Source: an uncultured bacterium (lineage in GTDB: Bacteria; Eisenbacteria; RBG-16-71-46; CAIMUX01). From it: a stretch of 46,934 nucleotides of DNA. The position numbers and the translations under genes were made by a program. Numbering within the stretch: the first letter of the stretch is position 1; every line of letters begins with the position of its first letter. Of this stretch, positions 17,446 to 26,847 are shown one piece after another. The stretch covers positions 5,669 through 52,602 of the forward strand of contig CAZZAH010000001.1 of NCBI GenBank assembly GCA_964652115.1. The letters run 5' to 3'. The notes beneath the pieces are model-generated. The model saw only the letters and a program-made list of their open reading frames with translations, was not told the origin of the DNA and ran no database searches.

Positions 17446-18525
17446 CTAGCGGCTGACCTTCCAGAAGAGCAGCAGTCCGAGCGCGCCGAAGACCAGATTT
17501 CCAAGCCAGGCCGCGAGGAGCGGAGGGATCGCGCCGTTGTACCCGAGCGCCTGTCCCACACGCACGAAGGCGAAGAAGGCGAAGCCGACCGAGACGGAGA
17601 GGCCGAGCCCGACCGCGAGGTTGCCGCCTCGAATCACGCGAAGCGACAGCGCGGTGCCGAGCAGCGTCATGATGAGCCCGGCCAGAGGGAACGATGCCCG
17701 AAGGTGAAAGTTCGTCAGGTACTTCTGCGTTTCCCCGCCGCTCTCCTTGAGGCGCTGCGCATAGCGCCAGAGATCGCGCATGCCGAGGTGAAAGGGATCG
17801 AAGCTCCGGCGCGCGAAGTCGCCGGGGCTCTCGTCGAGCTCGCTCGATCCGTAGGCATCGAAGGGAACCACGCTGGCGACCGAATCGACGAAGGTCCGAA
17901 GAAAGCCGTGCTCGAAGCGCCAGTAGTCGCCTCGCCAGACCGCTCGCTCGGCGTCGACGCGTTCGAGAAGGCGTGGCGGCTTGAGCCACTGCACCGAGAC
18001 GCCGCGCAGGATCTGCCTGTTCGACTCGTAGAACTGCGCGATGTAAAAGCGGTTGTTCGCGCCGAGGAGCCGAACGTCGGAGCGGCTCTCCGCGTCGATG
18101 CCCGAAAGCCGCTTGATGTCCTCGTTCAAGATCTTCTTCTGCCCCTCGTACATCTTCGGCCCCAAGCCCTCGTTCAGCAGGTACTGCCCGACCGAGAAGA
18201 CGAAGGCCGCGAGCAGGAGCGGCCGCGCCAGACGCCACGGGCTCTGCCCCGAGGACTGCATGGCGGTGAGCTCGTTGTACTTCTTGAGCTGCGTGAGCGA
18301 GAGGAGGCTGCCGAGCAGAAGCGCGATCGGCAAGACCTGCGTCACGATCGTCCCCGACGCGTAGGCGTAGTAGCGGAGCACGAGGCCGATCCCCGCCTTG
18401 TGATCGACGAAGATGTCGAGCTTCTCGAACAGGTCGACCACGATGAAGAGGGCGACGAAGGTCAAGATGCCGAGCACGCAGTAGGACACGTACTCGCGGA
18501 GCAGATAGCGGTCGAGAATCCTCAA
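17446..18525 (-). CDS. lptG: LPS export ABC permease, LptF/LptG (YjgP/YjgQ) family, second gene of the pair
   Basis: TTG 18525 overlaps the upstream gene's TGA (TTGA). This gives LRILDRYLLREYVSYCVLGILTFV, the canonical YjgP/YjgQ N-terminus. Six-TM architecture with a central periplasmic domain. The track start 18624 is an over-extension. Confidence 0.7.
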   Translation of the reverse strand: MRILDRYLLREYVSYCVLGILTFVALFIVVDLFEKLDIFVDHKAGIGLVLRYYAYASGTIVTQVLPIALLLGSLLSLTQLKKYNELTAMQSSGQSPWRLARPLLLAAFVFSVGQYLLNEGLGPKMYEGQKKILNEDIKRLSGIDAESRSDVRLLGANNRFYIAQFYESNRQILRGVSVQWLKPPRLLERVDAERAVWRGDYWRFEHGFLRTFVDSVASVVPFDAYGSSELDESPGDFARRSFDPFHLGMRDLWRYAQRLKESGGETQKYLTNFHLRASFPLAGLIMTLLGTALSLRVIRGGNLAVGLGLSVSVGFAFFAFVRVGQALGYNGAIPPLLAAWLGNLVFGALGLLLFWKVSR

Positions 18526-19901
18526 GGGGCCGCCTGCTTCGCCGGGCGTCCCGCCTGACCGGAACGGATGGTCGACCAGGTGAGGTAGATCCCGAGCGTT
18601 CCTAGCACCACGTTCGCGAGCCACATCGCGACCCAGGGCGGGAGGTATCCGCGATCCGCCAGCTGCTCGCCGCCGATCAGGCAGAGCCAGTAGAAGACGA
18701 AGAAGGCGGAGCTCAAGAATCCGACCGCGAGGCCCCCGCGTCGCGCGCGGATGCCGAGCGGTGCGCCCACCAGCACGAAGACGACGCAGGCGAGCGGGAT
18801 CGAGAACTTCTTGTGGATCTCGACCTCGTACTCCGAGATGCGTCGACCGAGCGACCGCGCTTCGTTCTCGCGGGAGCGCACCGCCTCGACGTACGGCTTC
18901 TCCTCGTTGGTGAAGTCGAGGGCGTCGGGTTCGGGCTTGTGGCCGCGTGCGCGATCGAGCGCGGCGCGAAGTCGTCGGAAGCCCTGTGGCCGCGCCGACT
19001 CGGGCGCGCGCCGATCGAGCTCCGCCACGCTGCCCATCCCGAGCTTCTTCAGATCCTCGCCCATCAACTTCTCCGTGTTCGCTTCATCCACCCGCAGCTT
19101 CTTGATCTCGACCTTCATCTCCTCGACCGACATCTCGCGCTGTCCGCGGCGCCTTTGTGCTCCTTCGCGCCAGAGGTCGGCCCCTTCCTGGATGCGAAGC
19201 ACGTGCGTGTCGAAGTCGACCCAGCGGTAGGTGCCGTCGGGTGCGCGCGATTCGGCCTGATGCATCTGTCCGTCGTGGAGCTCCAGCGTGAGCGAGTTCT
19301 CCTCCGGCCGGAAGGAGAGGATGCCGCTCTTGGCCAAGATGGTGCGCGGCGAGGTCGGGCTCTCGCTCGCGTCCAGGATGAGCACGTCCTGCATCTCGCC
19401 CGTGCGGTCGTTCAAGCGCGAGATGAAGAGGTGGTAGCCCGCGAAGTCGTCCAGGAGCACTCCCTCCCGAATCTCGGCGGTGGGGCGCTTGCGGTTGATC
19501 TCCTGAATCAGGCTTGCATAGGCGTAGTTCGATTCCGGCAGGACGTAGTTGTTGAAGAGGGTGAGTGCGATGGCGACAATCGCCGACAGCCCGAGCGCCG
19601 GGAAGAGGATCCTGAACAGATGCACGCCGCTGGCGCGTAGCGCGACGATTTCGTTGTCCTGGCTCATGCGGCCGAAGGTCATGAGCGAGGCGACGAGCAC
19701 CCCGCAAGGAACCGAGAGGGCGATGATCCAACCGAGCGCCAGCACGAAGAGGCGGGCGACCGTCCAGACCGGGATGCCTTTCCCGATGATCAGGTCCAGA
19801 AGGTCGAGCAGCATGTCCATCGTCAGGAGGAAGGTCACGATCCCGAAGCCCAGCAGGAAGGGCCCGTAGAGTGACCGAACGATGTATCGCTGCAAAATCA
19901 T
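18522..19901 (-). CDS. lptF: LPS export ABC permease, LptF/LptG (YjgP/YjgQ) family, first gene of the pair
   Basis: 459 aa. MILQRYIVRSLYGPFLLGFGIVTFLL N-terminus, multiple TM segments, and a large central periplasmic domain with a charged coiled-coil-like insert. Confidence 0.7.
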   Translation of the reverse strand: MILQRYIVRSLYGPFLLGFGIVTFLLTMDMLLDLLDLIIGKGIPVWTVARLFVLALGWIIALSVPCGVLVASLMTFGRMSQDNEIVALRASGVHLFRILFPALGLSAIVAIALTLFNNYVLPESNYAYASLIQEINRKRPTAEIREGVLLDDFAGYHLFISRLNDRTGEMQDVLILDASESPTSPRTILAKSGILSFRPEENSLTLELHDGQMHQAESRAPDGTYRWVDFDTHVLRIQEGADLWREGAQRRRGQREMSVEEMKVEIKKLRVDEANTEKLMGEDLKKLGMGSVAELDRRAPESARPQGFRRLRAALDRARGHKPEPDALDFTNEEKPYVEAVRSRENEARSLGRRISEYEVEIHKKFSIPLACVVFVLVGAPLGIRARRGGLAVGFLSSAFFVFYWLCLIGGEQLADRGYLPPWVAMWLANVVLGTLGIYLTWSTIRSGQAGRPAKQAAP

Positions 19902-20115
19902 CTACAGTCCTCGTCGCCTCGCTTGGCTCGGCAGGGAGTGCCGGTCCTTCAGGGTCGAAACTCCCCTCGGCGGGCGGAGTATATGCGCCCGGACCCGCCG
20001 GGACGATGGACGCTTCGTTCTGTTACCCCCTCGTTCGGCCTCCGCTCGGCTCGGCCCAAGGACTTAAGGGCTAGGGCCGCGTGAATCCGACCGCGAAACA
20101 CCTCGGGACGACGGC

Positions 20116-23100
20116 TTGATCCAGACTCGGCCCAGAGATCTTTGGCGCGCGGGGAGGGGACTCGTTCTTCTCCTGGCATTGTTCTGCCTGATCATCGGTC
20201 CGAGAACTCGCGCCGGGGCGCCGGGTGCGATCGAGGATCCGCCCCCGTTCCTCCCGCCCTTGCCGGTCGAGGCGCAGGGAAGCATCGACACCACGGCGGC
20301 AGACTCGATCGCCTCCGAGTCGCTCGACCCCGCCTGGGACACTACAGACTCTCTGAACGGCGGCTCTCTGAACGGCGGCTCTCTGAACGGCGGCTCCTTC
20401 AACGGCGACACGCCGCGCGCCGACTCGCTCGCGATCGAAGGCGAAGGCCCGAGCGGTGACACCGACTCCCTGTCGTCGACTGACGACGCGCTCGAGTCGC
20501 TTCCGTCCACTCCGCGCGATTCGACCGGCGCGCCGATCGATGCCGGAAGCGACAGCACCGGCGCCGGCGAGCTCGCGCCGCCTCCGGTCCTGGTCGACTC
20601 GTCTCTCGCCTCGCCGGCAGATTCGCTCGAGCCTGGGCTCTTCGACTCGCTCCTCTCGCACCCGGTCATGCCCGAGTCGCTCGAGACCACTCCGGAGATC
20701 CCCGAGTCGCTGCGCGTCTACCGACGTCCCATCGCACCGACTGCTCCGGAGCACCCGATCGAGGTTCCGAAGGGGATGGGCCTCTGGAATTACTCGCGGC
20801 GCCTCCTTCCGGCGGAAGATGCCTTCCTCTATCGCGTGGCGGAACGCTGGTCGGCTCGCGAGACGGTGCGGGCGAGGCACTTCCTCAAGCCGGAAGAGCA
20901 GCAGCGAGAGGACACGCTCGGCTTTCGCTACTTCCAGGCGGATCAACCGGCGCTCGACATGAGCGATCAGCTCACCCGGCAGGTCTCCGCGCAGCTCGAC
21001 TCCAATCGCGTCGAGGTGCAGCTCTTCCATCGGCAGCTGACGGTCGGCCCGCGAATCCAGCTCTCGATGGATCAGTACCTCGAGCGATTGACCGCGGTGA
21101 GCTTTCGCGCCGAGTGGATGAAGCAGCTGAAGAGCCTGGAGAAGACGCGCAGCACGGCGGCGGCCGGAAGTCAGGGGAAGGTAAACCTCAAGCTCCCGAT
21201 CGCCATTCCCGGCCAACTGAATCAGATCTTCGGGAAGGGGGAGCCGAACCTCCAGGTGAGGGGGAGCGAGCGCATCACCTTCAGCGGCACCAGCCGCTGG
21301 CAACCGAACCGGAAGGACACCGAGCTCTCACGCGGCCAATCGAAATTCCCTCAGCTCGACATGATGCAGGAGCTGAACATCAACCTGACCGGAACGATCG
21401 GCGACAAGGTCACGGTCGACGTCGATCAGGCGAGCCAGGCGACCACGCCGCTCTCCAACCGGATCAAGATCAACTACAAGGGCTACCCCGACGAGATCGT
21501 GCAGGAGGTGCACCTCGGCAACACCAACCTGAGCCTTCCCGGCACCCAGTACGTGACCTCGGGCGGACGCGCGGAAGGACTCTTCGGAATCAACGCGCTG
21601 GCGAAGTTCGCCGCCGTCGACGTGACGATGATTCTGTCCAAACAGGAGGGGAAGACCGACTCGAAGGGAATCACGCGCCAGGCGGAGGTGCAGACCTTCG
21701 AGCGTCAGGACCTCGACTACATCCAGGCGAAGTTCTTCTTCCTGCGCGATCCCAACCTCTGCCCCTGGTGGGTGCTTCAGGACTCGCTCTCCGTTTTCCT
21801 CGACGACCGAAACATCACCAACGACGTGCAGCTCGGCGCCCGTCCCGCGGTGGTGACCAACACCGGCCTCAATCCGCATCCGGTCGAGAACCCTGACACG
21901 GTCGCGGTCGGCAACTTCCACCTGTTGAAGCTGGGGCCGGACGAGGACTACACGATCCAGACGGAGGTCTATACCGGGCAACCGATCCTCGTCCTGAACC
22001 GCGCGCTATCGGAGAACGACATCCTCGCCGTCTCCTATCGCGGCGTGCAGATGGTGCCGGGCCCTGATTTCCAGCTCGTGACGACGACGACCCCGATCGA
22101 ACGTGTCGGATTCATCCCGGCCGATGGAAGCACGCGCAGCCTCAAGATGATCCGGCCGGGCGGTGACGTGAACCAATCGCTGGATCTGACGCAGGGGCCG
22201 TGGGCGCCGATCCGAAACCTGGAGCTCAAGAACGTCTATGACCTCCAGGGCCGCTCGATCGAGCCCGGCTCGCTCCACTTAGCGATCCGACGGAAGAAGA
22301 GCCAAGGCGGCGAGGTCAACCCCGATCGGATCGGCGACGTCACCTTCCTCGAACGCACCGGCCTCGATCTCGGTCGTCTGACCGGCGGAGGATCGACCAC
22401 ACCGGGGCAGGACGACGAGATCGATCCCGGCTTCGTGAACTACTCGGAAGGAACGCTGACCTTTCCGGATCTGCGCCCTTTCGACCCTGACTCGATCGAC
22501 CTGGGCTTCGATCCTGCGAGCTGCGGCTCATTTCGATACTGGCGCTTCCGTCCCGCGCCCCCGACGCGCGAAGAGCGGACGGCGGCGAACACGCTCCCCT
22601 TCGATCCCGACTACCGTGCGCCGAACGTCTATGACCGCGCGACCCACACCGACGAGGCGCAGGACAGCAAGTACTTCCTCGAGATCACCTATCGAAGCCC
22701 GGTGAGCAACATCCAGCTCAACGCGTACAACATCCTGCCCGGAAGCGAGTCGGTGAAGGCGGGCGGCCGCACCCTCCAGCGCGACCACGACTACACGATC
22801 GATTACGACCTGGGAGAGATCGAGATCTTGGGCGCGGCCAACGTCTCCTCGAACGACGACATCCAGGTGACCTACTCGTTCATTCCGTTCGGCGGCGGGA
22901 GTCAAAAGACGTTGGCCGGGATGTCAGGCGCGTACCGTCCGACCGACAGCAAGTGGAACTTCGCCTCGGCCTGGCTCTACGAAAGCAAGGGGGGTGTGCC
23001 CGGGTTGCAAGGGAAGCGCCCGCGGTTGGGGGAGGAGCCATCGCATACGCTGGTGGGAGAGTTCTCCACCTCGTACAAGACCGAGTCGTGGCTCCTGACC

Positions 23101-26100
23101 CGCGTCGCCAACTCGCTCCCCGGCGTGACCGCGCGCGCGCCATCGCGCTTCGATCTCGACGCCGGGCTCGGTCTCTCGCTCCCCAACCCGAACACGCGCG
23201 ACAAGCTCTACATCGACGACTTCGACGGCGTGAAGGACATCCAGTCGCTCAGCATGAACCGGCGCAACTGGCAGCCTTCGTCGATCCCGCTCCAGATCGC
23301 GAATCGCGACGGCGATGTGCTGGCTTCCGCGCGGAAGGGCGAGCTCTACTGGTACTCGCCGCGGGCCAAGGTGCAGGAAGGCGATCTGCAGCCGACCCTC
23401 GACTCACAAGAGGGAGACGACAATCGCACGGTGCTCGAGTTCAAGGCCTTCCCGGCGGGACAGACCGAGCTCGATCGGGAGAAGTCGTGGGTCGGCGTCG
23501 TGCAACCGCTGGCGACCGGAGGCATCGATCTCTCGCGTGCGCAGTTCCTCGACATCTGGGTGAACGACTTCGTTCGATTCGACGCTTGGCAGAGGCACGA
23601 GCGGCAACGACGCGGACGGATCCACATCGACTTGGGCTCGGTGAGCGAGGACGCGCTCTGGTATCGCGCCAATCCGAACGATCTTCGAAAGCCGGACGAG
23701 GAGCGCGTGATCCAAAGGCCGAATGGGCGACTCGACACTGAAGATTTCGTCAACCCCGACGGTCGGCTCGACCAAGGCTCGAGCGGCGACGAAGACGTCG
23801 GCCTCGACAGCACCAAGACCGGCTTCGCCGGCGACGACCCGCGGGACGACTACAAGTTCGACGACGACATCGCGGAGTCCAATCCTCGGAAGTACGCTTC
23901 GGTCAACGGCACCGAAGGCAACCAAGAGCTCGACACCGAGGACATGAACCAGGACAACTCGCTCGCCACCCTCAACAGCTACTTCTCGATGACGATCGAC
24001 CTGGCCGACTCCTCTTCGTGGGAGACCGACGTTTACCGCGACTTCGCCGGTCGAAACGACCTCAACTTCCCGATTCGCGACGACAACGGATGGCGCCGCA
24101 TCCGCATCCCGTTGGACAGCGACTCGCTGATCAGCATCGTGAGCCGCGCGGGTTCGGAGCCGAGCTGGGAGAAGATCCGCCACGCCCGCGTCTGGGTCGA
24201 CAGCCTGGTGGACTCGACCATGATCGAGATCGGAGGCATCGAGATCACCGGCAACCGCTGGTTCGAAGGCCCGATCACCAAGGCGAACGGCCACCCTCTG
24301 CCCGACTCGCTCACGGTGCCGGGCGAGGACTTCTTCGTCAGCGTCCTGAACAACAAAGACGACGCCGCGACCTACGATCCCCCGTTCAAGCCGGGGAAGC
24401 AGAACAACATCACCGAGCGCGAGCAGTCGATCACGCTCGAGCTCGCGAACTTCCCACCAGGACATCGAGCGTCGATCTACCGCTCCTACACGCAGAATCA
24501 GGACTACACGCTCTACGAGAACATGGAGTTCTACCTGAGGCAACGCTCCGAGACGGGACCGGTGTCGCTCGAAGCGGCCATCCGGCTCTGCCGTGACGCG
24601 GCCAGCGACAGCACCAACTACTACGAGTACCGCACACCGGTGACCGACGACTGGTCGCTCATCCAGATCGACTTCGGGGTGCTCTCGCGACTTCAGCTCG
24701 AGCTGGCCGATTCGACCACCGGGCTCGTGACGAAGGATCTGGGGAACGGCGTATCGATCTCGCGGAAGGGGAGCCCAAGCCTCACCTCGGTCAAGCGCAT
24801 CGCGTACTTCGTGACCAACGTCGGGAGCACGCAGCTCGGTCGAGGCAATGTCTGGATCGACGAGCTTAGGCTCACCCAGGTGAAGAAGGACGCGGGCTAT
24901 GCCTCGCGCATTAGCTTGCAGGCAAGCCTCTCCGACGTCGCGAGCTTGAACGCGAGCTTCACTCGTACCAACGCCGACTTCCTCTCGATCGGCAGGGATC
25001 GAGGATCCGGCACCACGGCGACGGTCATGAACCTCGGCTCGTCGATCAACGTCGATCGCTTCTTCGGCGCCCTGGGCATCCGCTTGCCCTTCCGTTGGTC
25101 GTACACGAAGGACCGACGCGTGCCGAAATTCCAGACCAACAGCGACCTCGTGCTCGACAAGGCGAGCGACCGCGACATCGCGGAGAACGCGGAGCGGCGC
25201 TTCGAGGTGAGCTTGAGCAAGGAGCCGAGCGAGGACCCGCTGGTTCGCTATCTTCTTTCGCCCTTCAACCTCAGCGGCTCGCATCGACGGACGACCAGCC
25301 TGGCGCCGACCCAGCGCGACACGACGACCAGCGCGTCAGGCACCGTCAACTGGAGCCTGCCGCTCGAAGGAGTCGGCGCGATCAACTTAGGCAAGAGCTG
25401 GCGCGCGCAGTTCCTCCCCAACAGCCTGTCCGCGGTGCTCTCCGGAACGCGCAACGATCAGCGGAGGTACACGCGCTCTGACCTCTCGAAGGACTTCAAG
25501 CTCGCGCCATCGACCAGCCGAAACACCGCCGGCCTCAACCTCGGAGCGGGCTTCCGACCGCTTCAGCTGATCAGCTACCACATCGACTCGAACCGCGACC
25601 TGATGCTGCGCGAGGAGCAGCTCAAGGTCGCGGGGCTCGGATTGGGACGGGAGACCGGACGACATCACACGCTCACCGCGAACTACGACTTTCCGCTCTT
25701 CAAGCGCTCGGTGGCGCCGAAGGTCTCTTGGACGGGGCGCTCGGACCTCGACCTCTTGCAGCTCACCTCGACCCAGCAGGGGGACTTTGAACGGCTGAAT
25801 GGTTTCCGATCTGGCCGCACCACGACCTGGAGCGGGCGGTTCGCACTGGCCGACTTCGCGCGCGACCTCAAGAAGCTTGGCCGCGATCCGGAGGCGAGCG
25901 GAGGTGGGGGCTCGAGCAAGAGCCGCTTCTCGGTGGCGCCGGTCAACGCGAACTACACCGTCTCCACCGACACCGATTTCCGGCGGCAGCGCGGCTCGCC
26001 TTCCATCGCCTATCAGCTCGGGTTGGCCGACACGCCCGGCGGGAGCGCACGCTCGGTCGGAGAACCGCAGAACTCGAAGAACCTCACGCACACGCTGTCG

Positions 26101-26847
26101 TTCGACAGCTCGTTGCGCGGGCCACAGAACGTGAGCATCGGCGCACGCTATTCCAATACGTCGACCGACGTGCGCTCCAGCGCGGGCGCTCCGAACGAGC
26201 GGAGCACGCGAAAGTGGCCCGATCTTTCCTTCAACTGGGGGAGCGCTCCCAAAGCGCTGACCAAGATTCTCGGCCTCGAGTCTCGCGTGAAGAACATCAC
26301 CGCGACCACCAACTACGCGGTCGATCGCACGATGACCGCGAACCAGGGCCGAGACCGGGACACCGAGACGGTGAACAAGGCGTTCGCGCCGGTGCTGAAC
26401 CTCACCATGACCTTCGCGAGCGGGCTCAGCGCCACGCTGAACAGTGACTCCCGAAGCCAGCGAACCGACATCTTCAATCCACCACCGGGCCAGATCCGGG
26501 AGAGCGCGCAGAAGAAGCTCACCCTCCAGTGCAAGAAGACGCTTCACTTGACCAAGACCGTGGTCGTGCCGGTCACGAACCAGAAGAAGGTGGTCAACAC
26601 GCGCCTCGATCTCTCGGCCGGCGTCGACTGGAGCAGCAACCGATCGACCTCGCGTCAGCTCGGGAGCGCGCTCGTGGTCGAGGACGATCGCGCGAGCTTC
26701 AAGGTGAACGCGGACGCCGGATATCAATTCTCCGACAACATCAAGGGCACGGCTCAGGTCAACGTCGGGCAAGAGACGAACAAGAAGAACCAGAACGACA
26801 CGCAACGTTCGATCGGGATCTCGATCTCGGCCGCCTTCACCTTCTGA
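20116..26847 (+). CDS. sprA: SprA/Sov-like giant outer-membrane protein (type IX secretion translocon family)
   Basis: Single uninterrupted 2243-aa ORF. The signal peptide is MIQTRPRDLWRAGRGLVLLLALFCLIIGPRTRAGA. The block LQVRGSERITFSGTSRW...FPQLDMMQELNINLTGTIGDKVTVDVDQAS...IKINYKGYPDEIVQEVHLGNTNLSLPGTQYVTSG...LFGINALAKFAAVDVTMILSKQEGKT matches my recollection of the conserved N-terminal SprA signature. The long C-terminal region has beta-strand periodicity and ends in an OMP-type signal, SISAAFTF. Confidence 0.8.
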   Translation: MIQTRPRDLWRAGRGLVLLLALFCLIIGPRTRAGAPGAIEDPPPFLPPLPVEAQGSIDTTAADSIASESLDPAWDTTDSLNGGSLNGGSLNGGSFNGDTPRADSLAIEGEGPSGDTDSLSSTDDALESLPSTPRDSTGAPIDAGSDSTGAGELAPPPVLVDSSLASPADSLEPGLFDSLLSHPVMPESLETTPEIPESLRVYRRPIAPTAPEHPIEVPKGMGLWNYSRRLLPAEDAFLYRVAERWSARETVRARHFLKPEEQQREDTLGFRYFQADQPALDMSDQLTRQVSAQLDSNRVEVQLFHRQLTVGPRIQLSMDQYLERLTAVSFRAEWMKQLKSLEKTRSTAAAGSQGKVNLKLPIAIPGQLNQIFGKGEPNLQVRGSERITFSGTSRWQPNRKDTELSRGQSKFPQLDMMQELNINLTGTIGDKVTVDVDQASQATTPLSNRIKINYKGYPDEIVQEVHLGNTNLSLPGTQYVTSGGRAEGLFGINALAKFAAVDVTMILSKQEGKTDSKGITRQAEVQTFERQDLDYIQAKFFFLRDPNLCPWWVLQDSLSVFLDDRNITNDVQLGARPAVVTNTGLNPHPVENPDTVAVGNFHLLKLGPDEDYTIQTEVYTGQPILVLNRALSENDILAVSYRGVQMVPGPDFQLVTTTTPIERVGFIPADGSTRSLKMIRPGGDVNQSLDLTQGPWAPIRNLELKNVYDLQGRSIEPGSLHLAIRRKKSQGGEVNPDRIGDVTFLERTGLDLGRLTGGGSTTPGQDDEIDPGFVNYSEGTLTFPDLRPFDPDSIDLGFDPASCGSFRYWRFRPAPPTREERTAANTLPFDPDYRAPNVYDRATHTDEAQDSKYFLEITYRSPVSNIQLNAYNILPGSESVKAGGRTLQRDHDYTIDYDLGEIEILGAANVSSNDDIQVTYSFIPFGGGSQKTLAGMSGAYRPTDSKWNFASAWLYESKGGVPGLQGKRPRLGEEPSHTLVGEFSTSYKTESWLLTRVANSLPGVTARAPSRFDLDAGLGLSLPNPNTRDKLYIDDFDGVKDIQSLSMNRRNWQPSSIPLQIANRDGDVLASARKGELYWYSPRAKVQEGDLQPTLDSQEGDDNRTVLEFKAFPAGQTELDREKSWVGVVQPLATGGIDLSRAQFLDIWVNDFVRFDAWQRHERQRRGRIHIDLGSVSEDALWYRANPNDLRKPDEERVIQRPNGRLDTEDFVNPDGRLDQGSSGDEDVGLDSTKTGFAGDDPRDDYKFDDDIAESNPRKYASVNGTEGNQELDTEDMNQDNSLATLNSYFSMTIDLADSSSWETDVYRDFAGRNDLNFPIRDDNGWRRIRIPLDSDSLISIVSRAGSEPSWEKIRHARVWVDSLVDSTMIEIGGIEITGNRWFEGPITKANGHPLPDSLTVPGEDFFVSVLNNKDDAATYDPPFKPGKQNNITEREQSITLELANFPPGHRASIYRSYTQNQDYTLYENMEFYLRQRSETGPVSLEAAIRLCRDAASDSTNYYEYRTPVTDDWSLIQIDFGVLSRLQLELADSTTGLVTKDLGNGVSISRKGSPSLTSVKRIAYFVTNVGSTQLGRGNVWIDELRLTQVKKDAGYASRISLQASLSDVASLNASFTRTNADFLSIGRDRGSGTTATVMNLGSSINVDRFFGALGIRLPFRWSYTKDRRVPKFQTNSDLVLDKASDRDIAENAERRFEVSLSKEPSEDPLVRYLLSPFNLSGSHRRTTSLAPTQRDTTTSASGTVNWSLPLEGVGAINLGKSWRAQFLPNSLSAVLSGTRNDQRRYTRSDLSKDFKLAPSTSRNTAGLNLGAGFRPLQLISYHIDSNRDLMLREEQLKVAGLGLGRETGRHHTLTANYDFPLFKRSVAPKVSWTGRSDLDLLQLTSTQQGDFERLNGFRSGRTTTWSGRFALADFARDLKKLGRDPEASGGGGSSKSRFSVAPVNANYTVSTDTDFRRQRGSPSIAYQLGLADTPGGSARSVGEPQNSKNLTHTLSFDSSLRGPQNVSIGARYSNTSTDVRSSAGAPNERSTRKWPDLSFNWGSAPKALTKILGLESRVKNITATTNYAVDRTMTANQGRDRDTETVNKAFAPVLNLTMTFASGLSATLNSDSRSQRTDIFNPPPGQIRESAQKKLTLQCKKTLHLTKTVVVPVTNQKKVVNTRLDLSAGVDWSSNRSTSRQLGSALVVEDDRASFKVNADAGYQFSDNIKGTAQVNVGQETNKKNQNDTQRSIGISISAAFTF
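20349..20408 (+). repeat. In-frame 15-bp tandem repeat, three perfect copies plus one degenerate copy, inside sprA
   Basis: ctctctgaacggcgg occurs at 20349, 20364 and 20379, all identical. A diverged copy, ctccttcaacggcga, follows at 20394. The repeat encodes SLNGG SLNGG SLNGG SFNGD. Confidence 0.9.

Noticed and set aside
20349-20408. Perfect short direct repeats that could be mistaken for a mini repeat array. The same applies to 30832-30921 in infB.
   Set aside because: The units are 15 and 18 bp, contiguous with no spacers, in frame, and inside long ORFs with clear identity. They are coding low-complexity repeats, not CRISPR.
26529-26846. Upstream 106-aa extension of the cyclase-like ORF, which overlaps the end of sprA in another frame.
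   Set aside because: The translation is Arg/Gly/Glu-rich junk. The internal ATG at 26847 coincides with the sprA stop and is followed directly by a signal peptide.
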